The notes under the pieces were generated by a model. The model did not search any database and was not told the DNA's origin. It worked only from the letters and a program-made list of their open reading frames with translations. Positions 25,901 through 40,200 of a stretch of 64,000 nt of DNA are shown here, piece after piece. The position numbers were made by a program, and so were the translations under genes. How positions within the stretch are numbered: position 1 is the first letter of the stretch; each line of letters opens with the position of its first letter. Origin of the DNA: Mizuhopecten yessoensis (lineage: Eukaryota). The stretch lies in assembly GCF_002113885.1 (NCBI RefSeq), contig NW_018403901.1:162742-226741 (forward strand), in the 5' to 3' direction.

Positions 25901-27257
25901 TGCGTTACCGATATTCAATAAATAAACATAATACTATAATTAAACAACAATTAATAACAGAGGTCAGGATTTATCAACAACATTTCTCAGGGATTTCTCG
26001 CAAACTTTATTTCAATACATTCCTCTGTTTTTGTTCTTGTTCTGTAACGGTCTTCGCCCCTGGCTCAACCCTTTACGTGGAGAGCACGACTATTCTAAAC
26101 TGTCACTTATGACAAGCCCCCAGGAAATTATATGGTATTTCCAAACCAAGTACCTAATGACTGACTAGTTCTAAGTAACTAAAGAAGAACCAGAAAGCAT
26201 AAGATAAGTTTACGCACACCTTTACGGTTACTGTTTATTAAGGAACCCAATATCAAATTACAAAGATACAGATACAACAATTCTACTGACTCTCTCCATA
26301 TTCTCTCATCAATATGATGTACAATAAAGGTAGAACTACGTCTGAACCCTGGATACCAGAACCCTCTGATATATGTAGGGGACAAAACAAGTCTATTTAT
26401 CCCTACTGTAGTTTCGATAATAACAGAAACTAAAATCTCCCGTCCATCCCCATATTCTATTCTACGAGTTGCTTTCCTTATCCTACAAACCAAACATACT
26501 GACAGCTCCACGGTTTTGGAACGATCCAAAAGTGTAGTAGCCACCAGCAGCTCAAAAAAAATCATCCCCTAAGAATATCCGATCGCAACTGATTTCCCAA
26601 CGCCCCAAGGAATCTCTACGCCCCTGGTAAGAACACTAACATCGACGGGTCAACGCACGAGCTCAACGGGGCAACACCCGTTCCCCAGCGGACTCTGAAG
26701 AGGTAACGGCGCCACACCCGTTGCTGGCAACGTAGTACCCGTTGAACCCAAATAAAATAAGACGATCTACTTTGGCACTTGTATGAAAAATACTTCACAA
26801 ATCAACATTAATATATAGTATTTCATAGTATCCACATCTACAACTCTTTCGTACCGTTATTCACTCTCTGACTCGCAATCCAATACTTCCAACGCATCCC
26901 ATATTTCCAACAATTCCCGTATTTCCAATACTTTCAATACACAACAGAATAAACACTCAATTGACCCCGACTGACACAGTTCAAGAGGTCACGAGAGTTC
27001 ACAAAATGGCGACGTCCATACACCCTAGAAGGGTATACGTTCTCTGCAAAAACATTACATTTCTCGCTCTCTCCAGACGGTTCTTACCCTGGACTCACGA
27101 TTAACCATGATAATAAAGGTATTTACATCTGCATAATAACCATATTGAACACTGAAAAACACTTGAATAAGAGTAAATACCGTTTGAATGGACATTGTGT
27201 TTAAAAACATGTGTTTGACAACTCCAAGATATTTACAACATTTAAACTACTGTCACA
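25901..27257 (-). mobile_element. LTR-like segment
   Basis: Minus-strand termini TGTGACAGTA...GGTAACGCA, followed by AAATTGTGGCAG (PBS-like, or the start of another copy). AATAAA lies near the 3' end. The termini resemble those of 6829-8010. Confidence 0.35.
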
Positions 27258-28353
27258 CTGGTGGCACTACAGTCAGTGACTATTATTGAACAATTCAGGG
27301 AAATATCATACTTCATGACAAACAATTTAGTAAAATACCACATTTTTACAGTTCATGTAGCAGTGTACTGTTTAAATCAATCAACGACACCCCTGCTGAC
27401 ATTGCAAAGCTTTAGCCTCAATGCACTGATAACAAAATCGTGTGAAGAATTGTGGTATTATGTACAAAGAAGTCAGAAAACAGAAACGTTTGTCAGTTTG
27501 ACTGTTATATCACTTGCTGAAAGTTATCTCCTGTCTTTTATCTTCTTCTGCATGATATATCAGGTGAGGAATTTCAACCATTCTGACGTTTTAGTTTTTC
27601 AGAACTACTCAATATTTCCCATTCTTCGACCTCGTCATAAGCCTAAATTTGATAAATCGCTATTTTTTCTGGACTGAACTCATTCTTGCGAATCAGCCTC
27701 ACACAGCACTTCCATTTCACATAACGAAGCGTAATGTATTGTTAAAGATTTACAATTAAGTTGCAGTGCCACTAGATAACAGTACCAAACTCAAAATGTT
27801 TGCATGATTCAATAAAAGCAAATGTGCAGTAATATTAACAGTACTACATGTACCGTTACCTGACCTATTCTCCAAGATGCGCTAACGGAATGGAATAATG
27901 TTCGAACGAAAATGTGTTGCATAACCTTATAAAGATGTATTTCAAACTTTAATTATATTTTATATGTAACTTTACTATACTAAAAATGCAGTTTAACCCA
28001 AGATGAAAATGTGATTTTTCATGAGCATTTCTAATAAGCCCTAAAAGGCAATCATTGGATGTATAAAATGATGTTTCAAAACGGAAAAAGCAAACATCAT
28101 GGACACTTTGATGCTATACATATTAGCAATGCAACAATTATTAGAAGACTTTATATCATTTTGTGTAGAATTCACGAACTCATAGCTCGGCATCTATCAA
28201 ACAGGCGTATTTCTAAGAAAAAATATCTTGCAGGGATGGATGACACCGATTTTTGACGTCAAAAAGTGTCTCCATTGTCAGAGTTACACAATCACTGTTT
28301 ATTCTTCAAGGGACCAGTTACAATGATATTTTCATATTCCACCATGGATTCTG

Positions 28354-31300
28354 CTAACATGCTGTACTATCTTCCCGTCGCATATTTCGTATCTCCGTCT
28401 GTGATCTGTTCCTTAAACAACATATGACAGCCATGATGATGGACAAAGTAAATATGATGAATAAAATGACCCCCGCGATCACACCAGCAACCGTCGTATT
28501 TGTAAAACGGTGGGTCTTGTCGTCTGAAACATAACAGAAGATTACATTTCAAACAAATGAATAATAATACAAAACATAAATGAAGGTATTTTTGCTTTTA
28601 ATAATCGCCCTCACCGTTGTCCAAAGCGGCATACCAGAGTGTAAATGTATTGGACGTGGTCAATCCCTCAGGAAGCCGCCACACGATGTAGACGTACTCG
28701 TTTGAACTATTGACCACCATTTGCTCTGTCCTGTTGCTGCACTCCTGTCGGAGGAGGAAGTCTGACGGGTCATGACCTAATGACGCAACATAGGAAAATG
28801 TGTTAAAATATGCTAGTAAGGTTATTATGTGAATATCATGAAAAATGAATCATTTTTAATTTCTTGGTATCATTTGGCAAAACTTGTTCGATTCCGGCTC
28901 TCTTAATTGAGGTTTAGATGGGATAAGCAATTTACATTAAGGAAAACAATGAAAGGATTTAATGAGTATGTTTATTTATTTATGAAAAGAAAATTACGTT
29001 ATAGTTGTCAGCAACAGACATAAATTAGTGAATGACAGAGGTGTAAAACACAAGGTTTAATTTGGTTTAGTATTGTTTAACGTCCTATCAACAGTTATGG
29101 TCATTTAAGGACGACCTCCCCTGTGTGCCAGATGTATGCGTTAAGTGTATGCGTGAACGTTTTTGGAGCTCTGGCTATTGTGTTACTGTAGTGTGTATAC
29201 TAGTATTAGGTGTGTATGTGTTATACTTATTATGGTACTATCTATTACAAATGAAATTGCGGTAAAATTACATATTAATTGTATTCTGTAACATTTAGTA
29301 TTGATATGTTTCAAGGGGAAACGTACCGTCATATACCGTTAGACTGGACATGGAGCAGTTAACTTGATGACCTATAAAAACGGACTGCATCGCTACCTCT
29401 ATGGTATACTTCTCATCCTCGGTGGTCAGTCGCCATCGGCAGTGGTAGACACTGAATTTACAAGAGACAGAAACTTGAATCACCAGCTCTTGAACTATTT
29501 GAGCTATTGCAGACACGATAACATGCAGAGAATGGATGAAAAGACCGATATGGCTTGAAGTGTCAGTGACAAAGGGACATGAATACTAAGAGACGTCAGG
29601 ATAGCATATGCAAATATTGGTCAAGACCACAGACTAAAATGTAAAACGTACAACTGCCCAAGGATGTGCAGCAATATCATAAGCATATAGTATTAAACAA
29701 ATGTAGCATTGTAAACACAATTGAAAGAGTACGAGGTTTCTTTTTTGTTTTATTCTGTTTGTTTTATTTCAAATATATGCGAAAAGAAATCACTCTTGTT
29801 GCTCAACGAAACAGATCCATCGACATTTCGGAAAAAAAAAGGGAAAAAAAAAAAAAAAGCGATTTTTTTTTGCAACATGTACCACATATCTTCAATAAGA
29901 TTCATCTGTTTGGAAATATGTGATAAAGGTCTGCTCTGCTCTGCTTCGTGGTATGGGAGTTTTGAACAGGCTAATTCAGTAGCCGTGATGAACTCCTCCA
30001 CTGGCACCTTCTAATGTGTAACTGCGAAGTTGACCCTTTCCTCTACACATTAGTATTTCGGCCAGGATTATAGCACGTACAACAATAAAACAATCACGTA
30101 AAATTTGATGCAAAGAATATATTCAGATTAAGTTGGTCGATACAGAAAGCATACTTACTTAGATCTGCACTGACATGTGCAGATATTACCTTACTGCCTA
30201 ACGAAATCCTGAGGTGACTGTGCACGGTACGATGTAATGTGCGAGCTGTTTTATGGTAGGGGAGAACAGAGGAAAATCTATCAACGATATACACTACACG
30301 TAATTCAACGTAAGGAATATATACACTTTACGTATATGGGGATATCTAAACACTATATAACACATATGACGTGTTATTGTTGTGATATCGGTACTTACTT
30401 GCCACTTGTGTTCTGGTTGCTTGGAAACTCCAGACGCTGTTTTTCCTTTTTCACTTCTATTTCTGATACCTGTGTATCACAGACCCGGCTGCCTGCAAAT
30501 CACAATTCAAACGCCATGTACCTTATATTATATACCTTATCAAGACGAAAACAACATTCCAACGTTTCCAAACAGTTACAAAAAATGATAATGTTGGTTT
30601 TGTTTTCAAATATGTCTTACTGCTGTTTGCTAATCTTATCACTACATAAATATTTAACCACTATTATCTAAATGTTCTTATTACCACATGTATGTGTTTT
30701 TGCTGTCGATTAAAACAACTTTCTCCGCTTAAGGGGTGAGATGGAAAAAAAAGTCAACACAAGGTGTAACATTCTTAAATGTCTGAGCCCGAAGGTGGGG
30801 AAAGATGTTATCAATCATCAAGTTCAATGTGTTATCTTAACATGGAGTTAAAAAGAAACATTTTAGAATATTACCCCTTAGGTTATTTTTTTTCTATTTT
30901 ATAGTGAGGAAGGATTATTTTTCCCCACATCAAATACAAGTGGTAATTTCATGACATGCAAACGTTAATTTCATCATTTCTATCTTCCGTGATTTGCTTT
31001 TGTCGGCGTAACGTCAGTGCATTGTTGACGTGACATCATACAATTGTTAAGTCAGGATAATCCCCCCGTCTGTCTAAGAGTAAGACTAACATATTATTTC
31101 GCAGACCAGAAGTGTTGATATTTCTCTCTGATTGGAGAGAAAACAACTTCTCTTACCCTGGACAGGCGTATCCACACTTCACCTGCTGTGAGATAGCCTT
31201 GTCGTATCCTAATATTAAGGTAGGGATATTTCCCTGTCAGAACAATTGTATGACATCACGACAACAATACAATGATGCTACGTTAACAATCTATTTCGAA

Positions 31301-31513
31301 TGTAACGTCAAAATGACATTATGAATATGAGTCAAAGGGGTAAAACAAAATACCACCTTGAATTGAGACGGGGAGTCACAGCCCTCGGGCAAAGATTCGA
31401 CAAGCCTCGGATTTGTCAACTTAAGAATCTTCATTAAACTTACCATACGCATGCTGGAGATAGACAATAATACATGTAACTATCACAAGGATCCACAGCG
31501 CACCTCTCGCCAT
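28354..31513 (-). CDS. Single-CUB-domain type I membrane protein (about 206 aa)
   Basis: Exons 31513-31444 (signal peptide MARGALWILVIVTCIIVYLQHAY), 30492-30399 (SRVCDTQ...LEFPS), 29451-29327 (VYHCRWRL...NCSMSSLTVYDG), 28776-28615 (LLRQECS...YVYIVW...FTLWY), 28523-28354 (TM VAGVIAGVILFIIFTLSIIMAVICCL, then stop). Phases 1-2-1-1 are compatible; total 621 nt. Confidence 0.75.
29056..29125 (-). mobile_element. SINE 3' end fragment
   Basis: Reverse complement CGTCCTTAAATGACCATAACTGTTGATAGGACGTTAAAC matches the 3' end of the SINE at 59340-59375. Confidence 0.7.
30990..31330. mobile_element. Degenerate fold-back/MITE-like element in intron 1 of the minus-strand CUB gene
   Basis: TTGACGTGACATCATACAATTGTT (about 31025) pairs with AACAATTGTATGACATCACGACAA (about 31241) with 3 mismatches. 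Confidence 0.5.
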
Positions 31514-32289
31514 TGATGTGTATCTCCCAGGGAATCATCTCCATATAAGGAACTAAACGTGAATCAACTCCTAAAACACAAGTGTACTATGTATATATTT
31601 AATGTGTAAAAGTAAATATAACATTGGCTGATTGGGCAGTTGAATCTTTTTAGAATGCGCGTTTAGTTTAAAAAAAACACCTGTATATTATTGTATAATT
31701 TTGATAGGAAGTTTTGGAAATGATACAGAAAAAATATGTTTATCAACTTACCAGTCCATCAAGTTCCCAGAGAGATGAAATTATAACAAGTTTCACCTTG
31801 GAAAATTCTGACTTTGTGTGCAATGGCGGTTGACATATTAGGAAACTAATCTTACATTGGACAAGTCTCGTATATGATCTAGACTATAGGATTAAGATAA
31901 TCTGAGGTGTGCGTGTAAGTTCACTTGTTAATGCGAGTATTTAATTTATTAAACAGAGAGGGAGAGAGAAAGTAAACAATAATTAATCGGCTAATCATTA
32001 ACGGTTTGAATGTCATATGTATGTACATAGACACACTGTATACAGCACACAACTGTATACTCAATACCTGGCCCTTCATTCATCGCTCATTAAAAACCAA
32101 AATGAAAAAATGTACTGTTCTCAATGATCTTTGTATTCTTTGGACCTAAAGGAGTCTTCCCGAAAACTCGCTGCTCTCCATCTAATAAGAACATTGGATC
32201 AAAAAAGGTATAATATGATGCTCTCCAAATAAGTGATCTGTTTAATGTACATGTAATAAATAGGGTCTTTCGTTAGTGGTAATATTAGC

Positions 32290-33260
32290 TAGGGTATCCA
32301 TATTTAGATTATGAGGTACGGGGTTTTCGTATTGAGATTATGAAGTACGGGGTTTCTGTTTGTGTTTGTAATGTGAGAGTTTCTCTTTTGATATTGTAAA
32401 ATGGTTTTTCTTTCGTGAATGTCGAGTAAGGGTTCTGTTTTGACATTGTAAAATGGTTTTGTTTTGTTTGTGGAGAGTAAGGGATCATTTTAATATTGTA
32501 AATGGTTTTCTTTTGCGTATGATAATTTGGGTTTCCGTTTTGATGGTGTTTAAGGGCTTAATTATGTGTGTGAGAGTAAGGTTTTCTGTTTTGATATTGA
32601 AAATGGTTTTCTTTTCTGTTTTGATAGTGTAAAAGGGTTTTCTTTTGCGTATGAGAATCAGGGTTTCCTTTTTGATATGGTTAATAGGGTTACATTTTAT
32701 GTGTGAGAATACGGGTTTCCGTTTTGGGTGTTAAAGTAAGGATTTCTGTTTTGTGTATGTAAAATGAGTGTTTCCGGTTTGTGTGTGTTAAGTAGGGGTT
32801 TCCGTTTATGGTGTGTATAAAAAGGGTGTCCGTTTTGTGTGTGTAATGTGAGGGCTACCGTTTTGGGTGTATAAAGTAAGGTTTCCGGTTTGGGTGTGTA
32901 AAGCGAGGGTTACCGTATTGATATGTAAAGTAAGGGTTTTTGTTTTGGATGTATTAAGAAAGGGTTTTCATTTTGAGTGTGTAAAATGAAAGATTCCGTT
33001 CTGGGTGTGATAAGTAGGGGTTTTCCGTTTTGGGTGTGTAAAATAAGGGGTTTCCGTTTTGGGTGTGAAAAATAAGGGTTTTCGTTTTATGTGTGGAAAG
33101 AAGAGGTTTCCGTTTTGGATGTGGAAAGTAGGGTTTTCCGTTTTGGGTGTATAACATAAAGGATTCCGTCCTCGGTGTTTAGGGTGTACGGACCCGACGG
33201 GTACTTAATGTTCCCGTTAGATGTGTTTATGACGAGTTTCTGTTTTGGGTGTGTACAATA
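32290..33260. repeat. Degenerate G/T-rich minisatellite between the divergent CUB genes
   Basis: Recurring AAGGGTTTCCGTTTTGGGTGTGT-like motif. Confidence 0.8.
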
Positions 33261-34271
33261 AGTGTTCCTTTTGAGGGAAATAAAAGCGTCGGGTCGATCA
33301 ATATCTTTATAATGATTACAGACACACTCGCACAATACAATATACCTAAACCTACTGAGTTGTACCAGACAATATACTAAATAGCACTAGTACTGTTTGC
33401 ACAGCATATTGGCAGTACACTCCTGTGTAAGTAATGTATGCCTTTGGCAATTTGTCATTAAAGCATAGAAAATACATTACCTGCGTTCAAGTTTCCGTAA
33501 ATTTTATTTATAAATTTATAAAACTTTAGACATTGTAATTTCGTTTCACTATCAAATATAAAGAGAAAACAACACGGTGAGGTGATGTCTTATAATAGGG
33601 TAAGAGGACTTATAGCCCATACTGTTAACCGTGTGTGTTTGTAGCCGATACGACCGTTTCTATTGTACTACTTACTGTTGTTGGGATTTGTCGTGGTCAA
33701 CTGGACTGAACACTCTATGGATTTAAACTGGTCATTGTATCGTTGTTCACAAATCAAGCACGCATTTCACTCAAATGACGCTATAAGTATTAATGTAAAA
33801 GACGATCGCGACTAATACTAATACGGTTGTTTCATCATTATGAGAAAGTATTAACGACAAATTCCTCTTGACATTGGCAATATGATAACGACTGTCTGAG
33901 GGTGGTTGGTCGGAGGACTGACCAGTAAATAATAACATAAACAACCAAAACGGTCAGTAACCAGGCTCGGGAAACACAAATAATTGGAGTGACACATATA
34001 TTGTCGGATTTAAATAAGGGAACATGATGTCACCAGGTATGTAAAAAATCTCCTGCTTTATTTTGGAATGAAATTTGTATTGAATTAGTTAAATACGCGT
34101 TAAAAAGGAAGTTCCAGCTCGGTCAGTGGGCTGGTGTAGACGACCTTATTATCAGGTTACTGATATAAAACTTGTAACTTTGTTTGTAACACAAACATAC
34201 ATACATATACAGTGTGCATATTCAGTAAGAACGAACCTTAACTGTTCCTATTATTTATCCCAGGAAGGACT

Positions 34272-37200
34272 ATGGCGGGTTTCGGAGCGGGTTTCGGAGC
34301 GCCAATTATGTTATTGTTAATGATTATCACTCAAGGTAAGTGCTTCATAGAGTCTTGTTCAATAATGACTGTACACGTACATATTATGTACATATTGATT
34401 TAACGTGCCTCTGGTTGCTATCTCATTCATAAACCCTGTGGTTTATTGATTAAATATCTTCATTCATCAAAAGTATAACATGTATATGATTATTACCGAT
34501 ATATTACAAGTTTACAGAGTTGTATTGCTTTACATTAGAAAGTAGGTAAACTACATACATTATAAATTAAGGGGTATACGGTAACGATCCGAACAAAGTT
34601 ATTAGTGGCGTCGTACAACCACAATGTCTTCACAGAACTCCCGAATCTTAAATATGCATAGAACGACCCAATTGTTGTTACTGATATTTGTTTATCATAT
34701 TATTTCATTTATATTAAAAAGTGTTTCGATAATAGAAATGTTTGATATATAATATAAAGTTAACGACCATCTATTGGACAGTATTTGGTGTGTGCGACAT
34801 AGCGAACCGACGAGTAGAGACAGAGTTAATGGCCACACAAGATGTCGAGTACCTCTACTCCCCGGGATGGAGGATATCCTACTACTCGTAAGTACGGGAG
34901 GAGGGGAGGAGAGTTAGGATGTCCTATCCCTGTACATCTGGGGCATTATACTACTCGTAAGTACTGGAGAAGGAGAGGAAGGTAAGGATGTCCTAAATAT
35001 GTACGTCCGGGGTATTATACTCCTCATCGTAAATACTGGTGTAGGTTAGGAGAGTAAGGATGTCCTTTACCTGTATATCCGAGGTATCATACTCCTCGTA
35101 AATACTGGTGTAGGGTAGGAGAGTGAGGTTGTCCTTTACCTGTACATCCGGGGTAGCATGCTCCTCATCGTAAAAACTGGTGTAGGGTAGGAGAGTGAGA
35201 ATGTTTTTACCTGTACATCCGAGGTATCATTCTCCTCATCGTAAGTACTGGTGTAGGATAGGAGAGTGAGGATGACCTTTACCTTTACATCCGGGGTATC
35301 ATACTCCTCATCGTAAAAACTGGTGGAGGGTAGGAGAGTGAGGATGTCCGGTAGGAGAGTAAGGATGTCCTTTCCCTGTACATCCGGGGTATCATACTCC
35401 TCATCGTAAAAACTGGTGTAGGGTAGGAGAGTAAGGGTGTCATTTACCTGTACCCCCGAGGTATCATACTCCTCGTAAGTAATGGTGTAGGGCAGGAGAT
35501 TGAGGATGCCCTTTACCTGTACATCCGAGGTATCACTCTCCTCGTAAGTAATTGTGTAGGGTAGGAGAGTGAGGATGACCTTTACCTTTACATCCGGGGT
35601 ATCATACTCCTCGTAAGTAATTGTGTAGGGTAGGAGAGTGAGGATTCCTTTACCTGTACATCTGGGGTATCCCACTCCTCGTAAGTAATGGTGTAGGGGA
35701 GGAGAGTAAGGAGGTCCTTTACCTGTACATTCGAGGTATCGTACTCCTCGTAAATACTGGTGCAGGGTAGGAGAGTAAGGAGGTCCTTTGCCTGTACATT
35801 CGAGGTATCATACTCCTCGTAAAAACTGATGTAGGGTTGGAGAGTAAGGAGGTCCTTTACCTGAACATTCGAGGGATGACACTCCTCGCAAATACTGGGG
35901 TAGGGTAGGAGAGTGAGAATGTACTTTACCTGTACCGTAAAAACTGATGTAGGGTAGGAGAGTGAGGATGTCATTTACCTGTACATCCGAGATATCATAC
36001 TCCTCATCGTAAAAACTGATGTAGGGTAGGAGAGTGAGGATGTACTTTACCTGTCCCGTAAAAACTGATGTAGGGTAGGAGAGTAAGGATGTCATTTTCC
36101 TATACACCCGAGGTATCATACTCCTCGTAAGTAATGGTGAAGGGTAGGAGAGTAAGGAGGACCTTTACCTGTACATTCGAGGTATCCCACTCCTCGTAAA
36201 TACTGGTGTAGGGTCGGAGAGTAAGGATGACCTTTACCTGTTCATCCAGGGTATCATACTCCTCGTAAGTAATGGTGTCGGGTAGGACATTGAGGATGCC
36301 CTTTACCTGTACAGCCGAGTTATCATACTCCTCATCGTAAGGACTGGTGTAGGGTAGGAGAGTGAGAATGTACTTTACCTGTACCGTAAAAACTGATGTA
36401 GGGTAGGAGAGTAAGGATGGCCTTTACCTGTAAATCCGGGGTATCATACTCCTCGTAAATAATGGTGCAGGGTAGGAGAGTAAGGAGGTCCGTTACCTGT
36501 ACATTCGAGGTATCATACTCCTCGTAAATTCTGGTGCAGGGTAGGAGAGTAAGGAGGTCCTTTGCCTGTACATTCGAGGTATCATACTCCTCGTAAATTC
36601 TGGTGCAGGGTAGGAGAGTAAGGATGACCTTTACCTGTACATCCGGGGGATCATACTCCTCGTAAGTAATGGTGAAGGGTAGGAGAGTAAGGAGGACCTT
36701 TACCTGTACATTCGAGGTAGCATACTCCTCGTAAATACTGGTGCAGGGGAGGAGAGTAAGGAGGTCCTTTACCTGAACATTCGAGGGATGACACTCCTCG
36801 CAAATACTGGGGTAGGGTAGGAGAGTGAGAATGTTTTTACCTGTACATCATACTCCTCGTAAATACTGGTATAGGGTAGGAGAGTAAGGATGACCTTTAC
36901 CTGTTCATCCAGGGTATCATACTCCTCGTAAGTAATTGTGTAGGGTAGGAGAGTGAGGATTCCTTTACCTGTACATCTGGGGTATCCCACTCCTCGTAAG
37001 TAATGGTGTAGGGTAGGAGAGTAAGGAGGTCCTTTACCTGTACATTCGAGGTATCATACTCCTCGTAAATACTGGTGCAGGGTAGGAGAGTAAGGAGGTC
37101 CTTTACCTGTACATTCGAGGTATCATACTCCTCGTAAATACTGGTGCAGGGTAGGAGAGTGAGGATGTCCTTTACCTGTACATCCGAGGCATCACACTCC

Positions 37201-40200
37201 TCGTAAATACTGGTGCAGGGTAGGAGAGTGAGGATGTCCTTTACCTGTACATCCGAGGTATCACACTCCTCGTAAAAACTGATGTAGGGTTGGAGAGTAA
37301 GGAGGTCCTTTACCTGTACATCCGAGGTATCATATTCCTCGTAAATACTGGTGTAGGTTAGGAGAGTAAGGATGTCCTTTACCTGTACATCCGAGGTATC
37401 ACACTCCTCGTAAAAAATGATGTAGGGTTGGAGAGTAAGGAGGTCCTTTACCCGTACATCCGAGGGATCATATTCCTCGTAAATACTGGTGTAGGTTAGG
37501 AGAGTAAGGATGTCCTTTACCTGTACATCCGAGGAATCACACTCCTCGTAAATACTGGTGTAGGGTAGGAGAGTAAGGATGTCCTTTACCTGTACATCCG
37601 GGGTATCATACTCCTCATCGTAAAAAATTGGTGTAGGGTAGGAGAGTGAGGATGTCCTTCACCTGTACATCCGAGGTATCATACTCCTCATCGTAGGTAC
37701 AATGTACTGGTGTAGGGTAGGAGAGTGAGGATGTCCTATACATGTACATCCGGGGTATTATACTCCTCGTAAATACTGGTGTAGGGAAGGAGAGTAAGGA
37801 GGTCCTTTATCTGTACATTCGAGGTATCATACTCCTCATCGTAAGTAATGGTGTAGGGTAGGAGAGTGAGGATTCCTTTACCTGTACATCTGGGGTATCA
37901 CACTCCTCGTAAGTAATGGTGTAGGGTAGGAGAGTGAGGATGTCCTTTACCTGTGCATCCGAGGTATCATACTCCTCCCTCGTAAGTACTGGTGTAGGGT
38001 AGGAGAGTGAGGATGTTATTTACCTGTACATACGAGGTATCATACTCCTCATCGTAAGTAATGGTGTAGGGTAGGAGAGTGAGAATGTTTTTACCTGTAC
38101 ATCCGAGGTATCACACTCCTCGTAAGTAATTGTGTAGGGTAGGAGAGTGAGGATGTCCTTCACCTGTACATCCGAGGTATCATACTCCTCATCGTAGGTA
38201 CAATGTACTGGTGTAGGGTAGGAGAGTGAGGATGTCCTATACATGTACATCCGGGGTATTATACTCCTCATCGTAAGTGCTCGGATAGAAGAGAAAAAAA
38301 ATGGTCTATACCTCTACACTCGCGACAATATATTAACGGGGTAAGTGGGAGGAGAGTATAATCAGGATAGTTTGTTACACCATAAATAATAAGGTCGTTG
38401 GACAGAAGGGTTGGGGGTACGCTACAGACAGAAAGTAGAGTATCGAGTATAGTAAAGGGCTGTCTAAATGTTCAGTACAAAACACAGGTACCTAGGGGAT
38501 GAAATGTAGAGGAATGGTGTCTAAAAGTAACAAACAATGGTGGATTGAGAAATATTTTATCATATGTTGCTAATTAATGTCTGATCCATAGATTCGCAAT
38601 TAAATTAGATTTGTTCCCCTCAGAAATACGGATTGCAAATGGTTGATAAATGGTTCCGACACTGACTCAGCCTTCCGCGTCCTCGTTGACGTAACCTACC
38701 TCAGTATTGAGAACAGTCCCGGGTGTTCGTACGATGGGTTGTCTATCTACGATGGTAAGTTTGATGTGCATTTAATACAAAATTATCAGTTATTTTAGGT
38801 TTAACACACAAAAAATAAGACATTTTTGGCATAGGACATCGACGAAAGATGCCAAAATAAAAATGGCAAAAACGTATAAAAGAAAAAAAAAGAATAAAAT
38901 AACGCCATAAAATATATTTAAGCGTGTATCTGTCCAATTGCGTTACAGGATCGTCGACCAGCGCCACCCTTCTAGGCCGGATATGTAACCGTTTGCCTAC
39001 AGGACGGATGTACCTGATGACTGGTCAGTTCGCCTACCTCAGGCTTAAATCTGATTCCAGTGTACAGGCCACAGGTTTCTCCCTCCGATACCTCAAATAC
39101 AAACCCACCAGTAAGTATCCATTTCATTACTGACAAATATGAACATACCGGTAAGTATGCCTTATAGTACTGACAAATACAAACCTACCAGTAATAAGTA
39201 TGCCTTACAGTACTGACAAATACAAACCTACCAGTAAGTATGCCTTACAGTACTGACAAATATAAACCTGTCAGTAATAAGTATGCCTTACAGTACTGAC
39301 AAATACAAACCCACCAGTAAGTATGCCTTGCAGTACTGACAAATACAAACCCACCAGTAAGTATGCCTTACAGTACTGACAAATACAAACCTACCAGTAA
39401 GTATGCCTTACAGTACTGACAACTACAAACCTACCAGTAAGTATGCCTTACAGTACTGACAAATACAAACAAACAAATAATAAGTATGCCTTACAGTACT
39501 GACATATACAAACATAACAATAATAAGTATGCCTTACACTACTGACAAATACAAACCTACCAGTAATAAGTATGCCTTACCCTACTGACATATACAAACC
39601 TACCAGTTAATATGCCTTACAGTACCGACAAATACAAACATACAAGTAACAAGTATGCCTTACAGTCCTGACAAATAAAAACCTACCAGTAATAAGTATG
39701 CCTTACACTACTGACAAATACAACCCTACCAGTAATAAGTATGCCTTACAGTACTGACGAATACAAACAAACAAATAATAAGTATGCCTTACAGTACTGA
39801 CGTATACAAACATAACAATAATAAGTATGCCTTACCCTACTGACAAATACAAACCTACCAGTAAGTATGCCTTGCAGTACTGACAAATACAAACTTACCA
39901 GTAAGTAGTATGCCTTACAGTGCTGACATATACAAACCTACCAGTAATAAGTATGCCTTACAGTACTGACAAATACAAACCCACCAGTAAGTATGCCTTA
40001 CAGTACTGACAAATATAAACCTACCAGTAATAAGTATGCCTTACAGTACTGACAAATACAAACCTACCAGTTAATATGCCTTACAGTACTGACAAATACA
40101 AACATACAAGTAACAAGTATGCCTTACAGTACTGACAAATACAAACCTACCAGTAATAAGTATGCCTTACAGTACTGACAAATACAAACCCACCAGTAAG

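Noticed and set aside
35136-38271. Minus-strand ORFs with YEEYDTSDVQVK repeats
   Set aside because: Antisense translation of the 69/72-bp array; fragmented and without gene structure.
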